The notes under the pieces are model-generated. The model searched no databases and was not told the origin of the DNA. It saw nothing but the letters and a program-made list of their open reading frames with translations. From positions 4,352,001 to 4,416,000 of the forward strand of contig CBDCXR010000004.1 in assembly GCA_965223845.1 (NCBI GenBank): DNA of 64,000 nt, written 5' to 3'. How positions within the stretch are numbered: the first letter of the stretch is position 1; the number at the start of each line of letters is the position of its first letter. Below are positions 28,150 through 38,800 of this stretch, one piece after another. Source of the DNA: Planctomycetota bacterium. Its GTDB lineage: Bacteria; Planctomycetota; UBA8108; SXIK01. The position numbers and the translations under genes were made by a program.

Positions 28150-28614
28150 TCATTCGCTCAAGTACTCGACCCCGTATCGTTCGCCGAGTGCGTTCAGGGA
28201 CGGGATCAGGGCCGAGACATCTCCCGCCGGGAGCTCCCCGTCGGCAAACTCATCGAAGAGCCCTTCGATGCCGGCCGGCGTAAAGAAGAAGAGCATTCTC
28301 GCCGTTCGATCGCCGTTGTTTCGAAACCGATGCTTGGCGCCCTTGGGAATGTTGAGGTACGTGCCCGGGCCGGCGGTCAGTTCGCCGTCTTCTCCGTAGA
28401 ACGACACCTCGCCATCGAGGATGTAGAAGGCCTCCTCTTCCCGCGTTTGAACGTGGAACGGAGGGCCACCTCCCGGCGGCACGACGGCTTCGACAAGGAA
28501 GTACCCGCGGTCGGTTTCGTCGCCCGTCGCAAGGTATCGATACTCGTCGCCCGCTCCGCGAATGGTCTTCACCTTGTCATCCGGACGAACGACTCTGATC
28601 TTTCGCGTGGTCAT
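28150..28614 (-). CDS. Cupin domain protein (quercetin dioxygenase-like)
   Basis: PPGGGPPFHVQTREEEAFYILDG and IPKGAKHRFRN; AAGGAG RBS. Confidence 0.85.
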   Translation of the reverse strand: MTTRKIRVVRPDDKVKTIRGAGDEYRYLATGDETDRGYFLVEAVVPPGGGPPFHVQTREEEAFYILDGEVSFYGEDGELTAGPGTYLNIPKGAKHRFRNNGDRTARMLFFFTPAGIEGLFDEFADGELPAGDVSALIPSLNALGERYGVEYLSE

Positions 28615-28840
28615 AGGAGGACTCCTTCGCCGAGTCTCGTGTCGCATTCGTTTCGTGTTTCCCAGTGCCCCAGCTGCCTCCGCCGCTCGAACCTCACGTG
28701 ACTCGAGAGCGAACGGGCTCGAGCGTAGGTCGCCGGTGGACTCTCGCCGAAACCATCGTCGAGATCGACGGGTGTCCGCGTGCGGCCGCGACGAGGAAGA
28801 GCGCGGCGCGGCGCACTCGATGGGAACTCGGCGGGCAAGA

Positions 28841-30289
28841 CTACGCGATGATCTCGCTCACGACGTTCCCGTAGACGTCCGTCAGGCGAAAATCCCGGCC
28901 GGAGTGGCGGTAAGTCAGCCTCTCGTGGTCAATCCCCATGAGATGAAGGATCGTCGCGTGAAGATCGTGCACGTGAACGGGATTCTCGACCGCGCGGAAG
29001 CCGAACTCGTCCGTCGCGCCGTACACCGTGCCGCCCTTCACGCCGCCGCCGGCGAGCCACATCGTGAATCCGTAGTGGTTGTGATCGCGGCCGAGCTTGC
29101 TTTTTCGCGCTCGCGTCTCGACCGTCGGCGTCCGTCCGAACTCGCCGCCCCACAGGACGAGTGTCTCGTCGAGAAGGCCGCGCTGTTTAAGGTCAGTGAG
29201 GAGAGCTCCGATCGCCTGCGAACACTCGCCAGCGAGCTGCCGATGGTTCTTTTCGATGTGGTCGTGGTTGTCCCACGGCTGCCATTTGCCATGCCAGAGC
29301 TGGACGAACCGTACTCCGCGCTCGATGAGTCGCCGCGCGATGAGCGTCTGACGCGCCTGAGTCGTCGAGCCGTACATCTCTCGGATGTGCTCCGGTTCCT
29401 TGTCGACATCGAACGCGTCCGAGGCGGCGATCTGAACGCCGTAGCCCTGCTCGAACGACTGAATCCGCGCCTCGAGCGCGGGATCGTGGCCTCGCTTCGC
29501 CAAGTGCCGACGATTGAGCCGCGCGAGAAAGTCGACCTGTGCGCGCTGCTCATCGAGATTCAATCGCGGATTGCGAATGTTCTCGATGAGCTGCTCGATC
29601 TTCTTGTGCTGCGTGTCGACGTAAGCGCCTTCGTAGATCCCGGGAAGAAAGGCCGAGCGCCAATTGTCCGGCCCCTTGACCGGATGGCCGCCGGGGCACA
29701 TGGCGACGAACCCCGGTAGATTGTGGTTGTCGCTCCCCAGCCCGTAGGTGAGCCACGAACCCAGGCTCGGGCGCGGCAGCGTGTTGTCGCCGCAGTTCAT
29801 GAGCATGAGCGACGGCTCGTGATTCGGCACGTCAGCGACCATCGATCGAATCACGCAGAGGTCGTCCGCGTGCTCGCCGACGTGCGAGAAGAGCTCGCTG
29901 ATCTCGATCCCGCTTTCGCCGTAGCGCCTGAACTCGAACGGTGAACCGAACGCAGCGCCCGTCTCGCGCTCCGTGACGAGATTCGGAGTCGGGAGCGGCT
30001 TCCCGTCGTAGCGGGTGAGCTCCGGCTTCGGATCGAAGGTATCGACGTGCGAGACGCCGCCGTTGAGGAAGATGTGAATGATCCGCTTCGCGCGCGGGGC
30101 GAAGTGCGGCGCGCGGGACGCGAGAGGACCGGTCGATCCCGCGCCCGACGTTCCACGCGGACGTCCGTCCTCCGCGAGGAGCCCGCCGAGTCCGAGCACC
30201 GCGAACCCCATCCCCGACCGACTGAGAAAGTCCCTCCGCGACGACGGAATCGCGGCGAGGTTCGGATTCGGTAGCTCAGGTCGCGTCAT
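28841..30289 (-). CDS. DUF1501 family protein (Tat-type leader)
   Basis: SRRDFL, FLNGGVSHVDTFDPKP, PWDNH, GEFGRTP, GRDHN, RLTDVYG. Confidence 0.92.
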   Translation of the reverse strand: MTRPELPNPNLAAIPSSRRDFLSRSGMGFAVLGLGGLLAEDGRPRGTSGAGSTGPLASRAPHFAPRAKRIIHIFLNGGVSHVDTFDPKPELTRYDGKPLPTPNLVTERETGAAFGSPFEFRRYGESGIEISELFSHVGEHADDLCVIRSMVADVPNHEPSLMLMNCGDNTLPRPSLGSWLTYGLGSDNHNLPGFVAMCPGGHPVKGPDNWRSAFLPGIYEGAYVDTQHKKIEQLIENIRNPRLNLDEQRAQVDFLARLNRRHLAKRGHDPALEARIQSFEQGYGVQIAASDAFDVDKEPEHIREMYGSTTQARQTLIARRLIERGVRFVQLWHGKWQPWDNHDHIEKNHRQLAGECSQAIGALLTDLKQRGLLDETLVLWGGEFGRTPTVETRARKSKLGRDHNHYGFTMWLAGGGVKGGTVYGATDEFGFRAVENPVHVHDLHATILHLMGIDHERLTYRHSGRDFRLTDVYGNVVSEIIA

Positions 30290-30296
30290 CTCTCGC

Positions 30297-33200
30297 TCAA
30301 TCCACGAAGAGAAACTCGTTCGACTGGAGAAGCGACTGGGCGAGCGTCGCCCAGGGAGACATCGCCATCGATGCCGCCATGCCGTCGAAGTCGCGGGCCG
30401 CGTCCCAGACGAGCTCCGCCGCGCCGCCGTCGGCCACGGAGGTTGCCGGGCGGTCGACGTACCGAATCACCGGCGCCCACTCGAACTCATCGCAGAGATG
30501 ATTCTCCCGACAGTCGGCGACAAAGTCGACGGTCTCTCCGGCGACGACCGCAACTTCCTTCGCCGACGTCTCGACCTCACTCTTGTACGCGATCCACTCG
30601 CCGAGGGATCCGCCCCGCGCCGTCACGATCCGCGCGCGAACGCCGTCGCCGCAGTCTTCTCGGCCGTGACGCAGCGTGCCCAAGACCGCAACGACGCCGG
30701 TCCGCGGCGCGATCCACCGCCGTACCGCTGCGTGCTCGCGGTCGACTCCGACGTGTCCGCCCGTCGCGTCCAGCCGAAGGTAGTGAAGGCTTCCGTCGGG
30801 ATAGTCCTCCGCTCCCTGCCACGCCGAGCCGGTGAAGTGTGGAAGTGGAGTGAACGATTTCAGTCGACCGCGCACGGGATCGAACGCGCCGAAGCCGTAG
30901 CGCCAGTCCGCGCTTCGCCGTCGCGTCGCGATTTCGGCCGCGTTCCCGCGCGATCGCGTTTCGTGCCGCCGCACGAACCGTTCGGTGAGCGCAAGCTCGT
31001 CGCCATCGGGATCTCGCCCGTAGACGGCTCGGTAGAGTAGGCGGATCCTCCGCTCCGCTCCCGCATCGGCCGAAACGCTCTCGATTCTCCGCGCGAGGTC
31101 TTCCGCGCGCGCGATGACGAAGGGACTATTGAGAAGAAAGAGCGCCTGCTGGGGAACCGTTGTGCTCGGACGCTCCGCGGCGGAAAGATTCGGGCTCGGA
31201 AAGTCGAAGACGCGGAAAAGACCGGGCAGCTTTTCGCGATCGACGAAGAGGTAGATCGTCCTCACGCTCGACTCCGGATCGTCCGGTCGCCGCGTAACCG
31301 CACGACCACCGACGCGTGCGTCGAGCCGCCCGGCGACGGCGAGCATCGCGTCGCGCATCGATTCGAAGTCGAGCCGGCGACGATTCATCCGCCAATAGAG
31401 CTCGTTCTCTGCATCGACGGTGCGGCACTCGGCGCGATCGACGCTCGACTGGCGGTACGTTCGCGAGTTCAGGATCAATCGGTGCAGCTTCTTCATCGAC
31501 CAACTCTGATCGACGAACCAAGACGCGAGAAAGTCGAGCAGTTCGGAGTGCACCGGGGGTGCGCTTCGCGTCCCGAAATCGCTCGGTGTCTCGACTAGGC
31601 CGCGTCCGAAGTGCCACGCCCATACGCGATTCACGATCACTCGCGCCGTGAGTGGGTTTTCGGGATGAACGATCGCGCGGGCGAGCTCGAGTCTCCCGCT
31701 CGCATCAGACGGGAACGCGCCGGGACTGAATGCAGCGAGGAGATCTGGGACGCGGCGCTCGACCGGCTCGCCCGGGTCTTCTGCGTTCCCGCGGCGGAAC
31801 ACCCTCGGCTCAACGGGACGCTCGCGGTCGACGAGCACCATGGCGCGCTCGAACGCGTCTGTGTGCTTCAGAAAGACTCGTTCGATATTGGCGAACTTCG
31901 TGCGGACGTTCGAGTGCTCATCGAGATGGTAGTAATCCTCCGACTCGTCGACCGAGACGGACGCCGGCGAATCCGCCCCGTAGAGAACGAGCCGAAGCTC
32001 CTCGCGACTCAAGTCGTCAAACAGGGTCGCCGCCGGCGCGGACTCGAGATGAGCTCGCCACTCTTCGTCGCACGCTTCCAAGATCTCGCCGTAAACGTTC
32101 GCGACGTCCGCCATGTTCGCGGGCGGGGACGATTCGATCGCGCGCCGCAAAATCGGGTTGAGGTGCCCGGCGGAATCGAGTGCCGCGATGACGTTCAATG
32201 CCTGCGCCTCGAACTCGTTCCGGTCGAGCGCCATCAACCGATTCCAAGCTCCGAAGACGCGATCGTTCTCCCCGCGTTCCGCGATAAAGCGGCGCCAACG
32301 CCCCACTGCGCCCGGCCCGTAAGCACTGAACTCGCGAAGGAGGCCGCGGTCGGTCCGGAGCTCGGGTTGATCCTGCGTGCGGTGCGCCGGAGTCGTCTCG
32401 ACGATGTACCGAAGGTAGTCGCCGATCCAGGCCCGGAGCTCGTGCTGGATTTGCCGGTGGAGCTTCGCGCGAGTTTCCCCGTAGTCCTTTTTCGCTTTTG
32501 CCAGCGCCGCGCGGAGCTCATCCGATTCGGCACGAGTCGTATCGCCCGATCGAAGCACGGGATACTCGCTCGCCGGCGGTTCGCGCGAACTCGCAAACAC
32601 GCCGTAGAGCGCATAGTAGTCCTCCGTCGAGACCGGGTCGTACTTATGGTCGTGACAGCGCGCGCAGCTCACCGTCAGCCCCATCAATCCGCGCGTGACG
32701 ACGTCGATGCGGTCGTCGATCACCTCGTGGGGAAAGAAATTGAAGCGAGAGCCGACCGTGAGAAACCCGAGCGCCGCAAGCGACCGGTTGTCGCTCCTCG
32801 CGCCGCCGCGGTCGAGTTGGTCGGCCGCGAGCTGCTCGAGAACGAAGCGGTCGAACGGAAGGTCTTCGTTGAACGCGCGAACGACGTAGTCGCGATACGC
32901 GTACGCGAAGGGAAACCGCGGCTCGCCGGCGTCGACGTAGCCCTTGGCGTCGGAGTAGCGCGCGACGTCGAGCCAATGCCGGGCCCAGCGCTCGCCGTAG
33001 CGCGGAGAGCCGAGGAGTCGGTCGACCAGTCGCGCGTAGGCCTCCGGCGATTCGTCGCGAACGAACGCCTCGATCTCGTCGTACGTCGGCGGGAGGCCGA
33101 CGAGGCTGGAGTACACCCGTCGGACTAGCTCGCGTGGATCCGCCTCGGGCGACGGCGCGATGCCTCCGTTTTCCAAGCGAGCGAGAATGAACCGATCGAT

Positions 33201-33707
33201 CTCGTTGATCGGCCAATCGATGCGACGGACGACCGGTGTCCGCGGGCGGCGTAGCGGCTCGAACGCCCAGTGCGGCGCGCTCCGTCCGTCGGAATCACGT
33301 CCGGCGCCCCGCTCTGCTCTCGTACTCAGAGCTGACGGAAACACCGCACCCGCCGCGATCCACGTCTCGAAGTCTCGGATGACGCTCTCCGGCAATCTGC
33401 CCGAAGGCGGCATCTTGAGCTCGCTCGCTGAATCGTGACGGAGCGCGCGGAGGAGGCGGCTCGCCCCTGGATTCCCCGGGACGACGACCGGCCCGGACCG
33501 GCCGCCGCGACGGAACGCGTCGCGGGAATCGAGACGCAGCTCGCCGCGAATTTGCTTCGCGGTCCCCGAATGGCAACCGTGGCAACGCTCGACGAAGACG
33601 GGCCGAACGTTCTTCTCGAAGAACTCGATCCGCTCGTCTCGCACTGCGCCGTGATCGATCTCTTCGGCGACTCCGAGCAGGCTGACGACAACAACGAGCT
33701 GGATCAC
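30297..33707 (-). CDS. Planctomycete cytochrome c / DUF1549 / DUF1553 (PSD1) protein with a C-terminal insert
   Basis: FFEKNVRPVFVERCHGCH, YGERWARHWLDVARY, CARCHDHKYDP, NPLTARVIVNRVW, SNEFLFVD end. Confidence 0.92.
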   Translation of the reverse strand: MIQLVVVVSLLGVAEEIDHGAVRDERIEFFEKNVRPVFVERCHGCHSGTAKQIRGELRLDSRDAFRRGGRSGPVVVPGNPGASRLLRALRHDSASELKMPPSGRLPESVIRDFETWIAAGAVFPSALSTRAERGAGRDSDGRSAPHWAFEPLRRPRTPVVRRIDWPINEIDRFILARLENGGIAPSPEADPRELVRRVYSSLVGLPPTYDEIEAFVRDESPEAYARLVDRLLGSPRYGERWARHWLDVARYSDAKGYVDAGEPRFPFAYAYRDYVVRAFNEDLPFDRFVLEQLAADQLDRGGARSDNRSLAALGFLTVGSRFNFFPHEVIDDRIDVVTRGLMGLTVSCARCHDHKYDPVSTEDYYALYGVFASSREPPASEYPVLRSGDTTRAESDELRAALAKAKKDYGETRAKLHRQIQHELRAWIGDYLRYIVETTPAHRTQDQPELRTDRGLLREFSAYGPGAVGRWRRFIAERGENDRVFGAWNRLMALDRNEFEAQALNVIAALDSAGHLNPILRRAIESSPPANMADVANVYGEILEACDEEWRAHLESAPAATLFDDLSREELRLVLYGADSPASVSVDESEDYYHLDEHSNVRTKFANIERVFLKHTDAFERAMVLVDRERPVEPRVFRRGNAEDPGEPVERRVPDLLAAFSPGAFPSDASGRLELARAIVHPENPLTARVIVNRVWAWHFGRGLVETPSDFGTRSAPPVHSELLDFLASWFVDQSWSMKKLHRLILNSRTYRQSSVDRAECRTVDAENELYWRMNRRRLDFESMRDAMLAVAGRLDARVGGRAVTRRPDDPESSVRTIYLFVDREKLPGLFRVFDFPSPNLSAAERPSTTVPQQALFLLNSPFVIARAEDLARRIESVSADAGAERRIRLLYRAVYGRDPDGDELALTERFVRRHETRSRGNAAEIATRRRSADWRYGFGAFDPVRGRLKSFTPLPHFTGSAWQGAEDYPDGSLHYLRLDATGGHVGVDREHAAVRRWIAPRTGVVAVLGTLRHGREDCGDGVRARIVTARGGSLGEWIAYKSEVETSAKEVAVVAGETVDFVADCRENHLCDEFEWAPVIRYVDRPATSVADGGAAELVWDAARDFDGMAASMAMSPWATLAQSLLQSNEFLFVD

Positions 33708-33983
33708 GAAAACCTCTCCGTTCCGACCGCTATTCTCAGCGATCAGAAGAGAACGATCAACGGCAACGAGATGCGACCTCGGAATCTCCGCCCGAACAAT
33801 CGGCGGTCTTCGCGCGCTCTCCGATCTTCAAGCCGCCTCGATCGAGAGGGCGGCGACGATCGCCGGAACGGTGTCCGGTTCGTGGATGGGATCGAGAAAC
33901 CGCCGGCGATCCGCGGTGCCGAATGAAACGGGCCTGGTGCTCGGAACCAGGCCCGTTCTGGCAACCCCGTCGCTGCGGTCCGC

Positions 33984-35771
33984 CTACTGCGGGCAGCTCT
34001 TCGGTGCGATCTCGCACGCCCCTTCGTCGGATGGCAAAGCTCCCGGGCCACAGTCGGGGAACGGCGCTGCCGGCGGCGGCCCTACCACAAAGAGCCAGTT
34101 CAGCAGGAAGGTCGGATCGGCGATGTTCGTCCCGGAGTCGCCGTTTACGTTCGTCGTCGCGACGCACTGCGGCTCCACTCTGCCGGAAAAGAGCCATTCG
34201 AGGATGAACACGGCGTCGGCGAGATTGACCGGGCCGTCGTCGTTGGTATCGCCGCGAAGGAATTCGATCGCAGTCGAGTCGCAGCCGCCCGCGACGAACT
34301 CGTACGCGCCGATATCGACTGCGTCGCCACACGGTCGGGACTCCCCATCGAAGTCAGCCGGCGGTGCCCCATCGCTGCCGCCGGCATCGATCGCCGGCGA
34401 GTCGGCGAGCAGGTGATAGTCCGGTCGCACGACCACAAAGTCTGGAAGCTCGTATTCCTGACCGGCGATTTCGACCGTCACAAAACTCGAGAAGTCGAAC
34501 TCGCCCCTCTCGACAAACATGGGATCCCCGTCTTCCAGGCTTTCGAACACCGAGCCGCATACCGCCCCGGGGAGCACGATCGAGTTCCTGACGACAGGGC
34601 TCGCTTCGCTGCACAGCATGGCCGAAGGCACGTTGTCGACTACGGTGCAGTTCTGAAGTACGGGCCGGGACCGAAAGCTGTGGACGCCGCCCTTGTTGGT
34701 CCCGCCATCGCGCGCCACATTGGCGGCAATGATGCAGTTCGAGAACAACGGGAACGAGTCCGACCCGCAGTACACGCCACCGCCCTGACTGCCGAATTCT
34801 CCGCCGAAGTTGTAGTTCCCGATGACGACGCACGAATCGAAGGTCGGGGACACCGCGTTGTACTGGCAAATCCCGCCTCCTTGGCCGTCCGAGGCGACGT
34901 TGCCCTCGATCAAGCAGTTCGCTACCAGTCCTCCCCGACGGCCGACCACGAGGAATCCGCCTCCGCGAGACGCCCAGTTGCGCACAACGTCGCACTCGCG
35001 AATCGTCGGCTCCGAATCAACAACGAACACTCCGCCGCCTTGGCCGGCCTCGGTCGTCGCGTTGTTCTCGATCCTGCACCGAAGCAGCTGCGCCGGCGAC
35101 GCGTTCAGATAGACGCCGGCCCCGAGTCCCGCGTGGTTGCGTTCGATGACGCAGTCCGAAATGCGAGGGGCGGCTCCGAGGCCACAGCCGACACCACCGC
35201 CGATTCCTCGTGGAGCAGTGTTCTCCGAAATCTCGCAGTCCCTGATCGTCGGCGCGGCGCCAAACGTGCAACTGATTCCACCCCCGCCGCGAGCCGAGTT
35301 ACCCCGAATATGACACTCGAGAACGGTCGGAGACGACTCGTTCCGAAAGTAGATGCCGCCGCCGAGCGTTCCGGACACGTCGCCGCGAGTCGAGAAGAAC
35401 CCCTGTCCGCCGCTGATCGTAAAGCCTTGGAGGACAGAAGCGCCGGTCTCGCCGGCCTCGAAGATGAAGACACCGGCACGATCCGGATCGGCGGGCAGCT
35501 CCGCCATCCGGATCACCGTCTCCGCTGCGCCGGAAGCGGACCGGACGGTGATGTTCTTCACCGACCCGATCCCCGCGTTGTGTTCCCGGTTGAAATCGAT
35601 CGGTTCCGTGATCACGTACTCGCCGGGCGCGACCTCGACGATATCCTCGGCCTCCGCCTCGTCGATCGCCTCCTGGATCGTCGCGTACTCGTCTGGAACA
35701 TGAAGCACGGCGGCGGCCAACGGATTCGCTGCGCTAGCAAGCAGCAGCAAGATGCACTGGGGTTTCATCAT
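33984..35771 (-). CDS. Secreted right-handed beta-helix (pectin lyase-like) protein with a C-terminal dockerin-like domain
   Basis: HVPDEYATIQEAID, repeated N.A..GGGI, DYHLLADSPAIDAG..DIGAYE, FLRGDTNDDGPVNLADAV...PAAPFPDCG; GAGGA RBS. Confidence 0.85.
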   Translation of the reverse strand: MMKPQCILLLLASAANPLAAAVLHVPDEYATIQEAIDEAEAEDIVEVAPGEYVITEPIDFNREHNAGIGSVKNITVRSASGAAETVIRMAELPADPDRAGVFIFEAGETGASVLQGFTISGGQGFFSTRGDVSGTLGGGIYFRNESSPTVLECHIRGNSARGGGGISCTFGAAPTIRDCEISENTAPRGIGGGVGCGLGAAPRISDCVIERNHAGLGAGVYLNASPAQLLRCRIENNATTEAGQGGGVFVVDSEPTIRECDVVRNWASRGGGFLVVGRRGGLVANCLIEGNVASDGQGGGICQYNAVSPTFDSCVVIGNYNFGGEFGSQGGGVYCGSDSFPLFSNCIIAANVARDGGTNKGGVHSFRSRPVLQNCTVVDNVPSAMLCSEASPVVRNSIVLPGAVCGSVFESLEDGDPMFVERGEFDFSSFVTVEIAGQEYELPDFVVVRPDYHLLADSPAIDAGGSDGAPPADFDGESRPCGDAVDIGAYEFVAGGCDSTAIEFLRGDTNDDGPVNLADAVFILEWLFSGRVEPQCVATTNVNGDSGTNIADPTFLLNWLFVVGPPPAAPFPDCGPGALPSDEGACEIAPKSCPQ

Positions 35772-35818
35772 AGTGTCCTCAATGGTTTCTGTTCGGGACA
35801 TCGATCCTCTTCGAGGAT

Positions 35819-38800
35819 TCAGTCCCGCGGAGAGTTGGAAGTGGTCGCGACGATTTCGATCGCCGAGATCTTCGGCGCGCCGATGACCGGCACGAACTCG
35901 ACGTCGAGAGTTCCGTCGTCGACGACCGCGGTCCAGGGGTGAGCGTTGGCCACCGCAAACCCCTCCGAGGCAGGTTCGAAATTCGTCAGAGCCGGCCGCC
36001 GCTCGACACGTACGTCGAATCGGCGTGCACCCGGCTCGCGCAGATCGAGCTCGGCGAAATGAAAGGTGATCCGGTAGGTTCCCGCCGGCAGCGGAATCCG
36101 GTATGCCGGCCGGGAGTCCTCGTCGTCAAAGTCGCGAAACGTACGATAGAGAAGGTGATCGCCAGTGTTCCGGACCGGCCCTTGGAGCGTGTATTTGAGC
36201 GTGCTCCGGGAGCCTCCCTCAAAGAATCGGTCCCGCTCCCAGATCCGATCGCCGCTGTCCGTGTACCGCTCGCCGCCGCAGTTGATGCGAACGGTCCCAC
36301 GCTCGAGCTCTTCGAGTAGGGAACGCATGTCCGCTGCGTAGCCGTCGGTCGAGCTCGAAGGAAAACTCTCGAGCAGATCTCGCGGTCCTCGATGCAGATC
36401 GGAGATCGCCGTCTCGAGCCAAAGTGTCCAGAGCCTTCTGTCGTCGTGTCGGTTCAGAACCTCTTGCAAATACGCATCGGCCCGAACGAAATCTCCCTGA
36501 ATGCGCAGGCTTTCGATCCGTCGGAGATGGACCAGCACATCGGCGTCGGGTACGCCGGCCAAGCCTTCGAGAGTCTCGAGCGCGAGCTCGGGTCGGTCTC
36601 CGCGCTGCAGGAGGCGAGCGTCGAGGTAGGAGAGGACCGCCGGTGCATTCGCCGCCGTGCGCATTGCTGCTGCCAGCTCCTTCTCGGCGCGCGAGCCGGG
36701 CTGAACGTTCTCGAGCGCAGCATCGACGGAAGCGGCGGAGGCGACCTCGGGAAGGAGCTGCTCACGGAGCTCGGCGAGCGCCCGGAGACTCTTTCGGGTA
36801 ACGTCCGGAAGCAGGACGGCCTTTTCCAAGAGACGCACCGCGCCTCGAGCATCGCCACGCGCCGACGTGATCTCCGCGAGCGTGCAAAGTGCTGCGTCCC
36901 CCTGCCACTCCGAGTTCTCGACGGCGCGGACCGCGAGCGCGTAAGCCTGATCGCGATCTCCGTACGGAGCGTGAAAGAGAATCGAGGCTACTGCGGCTTG
37001 GAGATCATCTCGAATCTCCCGACTGGACTCCGCGATGCGGGTCAACTTCGCGACGACCTCGGCCGGAGGAAAGCGGCCGGAGTCCTCGATTCTCCGAAGC
37101 GATCTTGCCAGAAGGCGCTGCGTCCAGTGGGCTCCGCGCACCCGCGAGAGGTGATTCATCAGCGGATCGAGCGCCTTCAGAAACTCTCCTGCGTGAAACA
37201 GGGCGTGCCCGAACTCGCGTCGGGCCGACGCGTTCCGAGGCGCCAGTTCGACGGCTCGTTCGGCGGCTTCGATCGCCTCCGCGTGCTTTCCCAGCTTCAA
37301 TCGGGCGTTGCAGAGACCGGTATAGGCGCCCGATCGAGCCGGGACGAGCTCCGCGAGCTCGCCAAACGTCTCTTCCGCCTCGCGGTAGCGTCGCTCCTTG
37401 ACGAGCGTCCAGCCCAGCTGCGAGCGAACCGAGAACACGGACCCGAGCTCCTCGGCCTTCCGGATCGAAGCGGCGGACTCCTCGTCTCGATTCAGGTGTC
37501 TCAGGATCCGCGCGCGAGCAAGCCACCGTTCCACCCTCCGCTCGTCCAGCGAGATCGCGCGATCGATTACGGCGAGCGCCTCCTCCACCTTGCCCTGCAG
37601 AAAGCGAACCCGCGCGAGCCCGGTGAGACCCTTGCCGTTCTCCGGCGGCAGGGTCGACGCCGAGAAGAAGTGCTCGCCGGCCTCGTCGTACTTGCCCTCG
37701 TCCAGGCGACACAGCCCCAGGAGGACGCGCGGCAGTGCCCAGTTCGGATCGAGCTCGGTTGCGCGCATCGCGGCCTCGATGGCAGCCGTCGGATCCCGTC
37801 GCTCGTAGCAAACCATTGCGAGCGAGGTTTGGAGATAGCTGTCGTCCGGGGCCATGGAGACTCCGCGGCGTACGAGCTTCTCGGCCTCGTCGAGGCGGCC
37901 TCGGGAGTACGCCAGGATGCCTCCGGCGACGTGCGCGATCGGATGGGATGGATCGAGTGCGAGTGCACGATCCACGGCGTGCTGGGCTCCGGCGCGGTCG
38001 TTCTCTCTGAGGAGCGTCAACGCCAGAATCGCGAACGGAAACGGGTTCGCAGAGTCCAGCTCACAGGCGCGGCGGAGAGAACGGAGCCCTTCGGCTTGCA
38101 AGGATTCGTCGCGCCCATCCGACGAGAAAAGCCTTTCGAAGTAGACGGACCATCCCAAGACGGCGTGGGCTACGGGGTCGGCTTCGTTGAGCGCGATCGC
38201 CGAACGAGCTGCCTCGATCGCCTCGGCGGACCTCCACAGCCGGCACAGGAACACGGCGCGAAGCCGACGCGAGAGCTGCTCGCGCGAAATCCTGCGGCTC
38301 CAGCGAAGGGCGTGCTCGTACTGCCGCAGGGATTCGTACGTGATGGCGATCCACGCGGCGGCGATGTCCTTGTGCTCGACCATGTCGTGAAGGCCCGCGA
38401 AGGTCGCTTCCGCGCGAGACGGGCGTCCCCCGCGGAAGTACGTCTTCCCGAGAAGCAACCACGGTTCGAGCAGGGTCGGCCACAGGGCGCGGAGCTCGAC
38501 GAACGCGACCTCGGCTTCGTCGAGGGCTCCGGCGGCGAGCAGCGCGGCGCCCTTCGCGAGCCGCGTCTCGATCGACGAGCCGAGGAAGAGCTCGTTACCG
38601 GGCCCCTCCATTCGCGCGAGGTGGTCGAAGGCGCGTGCGACCTCGAGCCACCGCTTCTTCGTCTGTTCGAGGTCCCGGTTCGCCACGCGTTCCTCGGCTC
38701 TCCGTGCGGCGCGATAAGCGTCGAGCCAGGACGACGCCCACGAAACACCTTGCGACGCTCGCGACCAATCTTCGATGCGCTTCTCGTTGACGGTCTCCCC

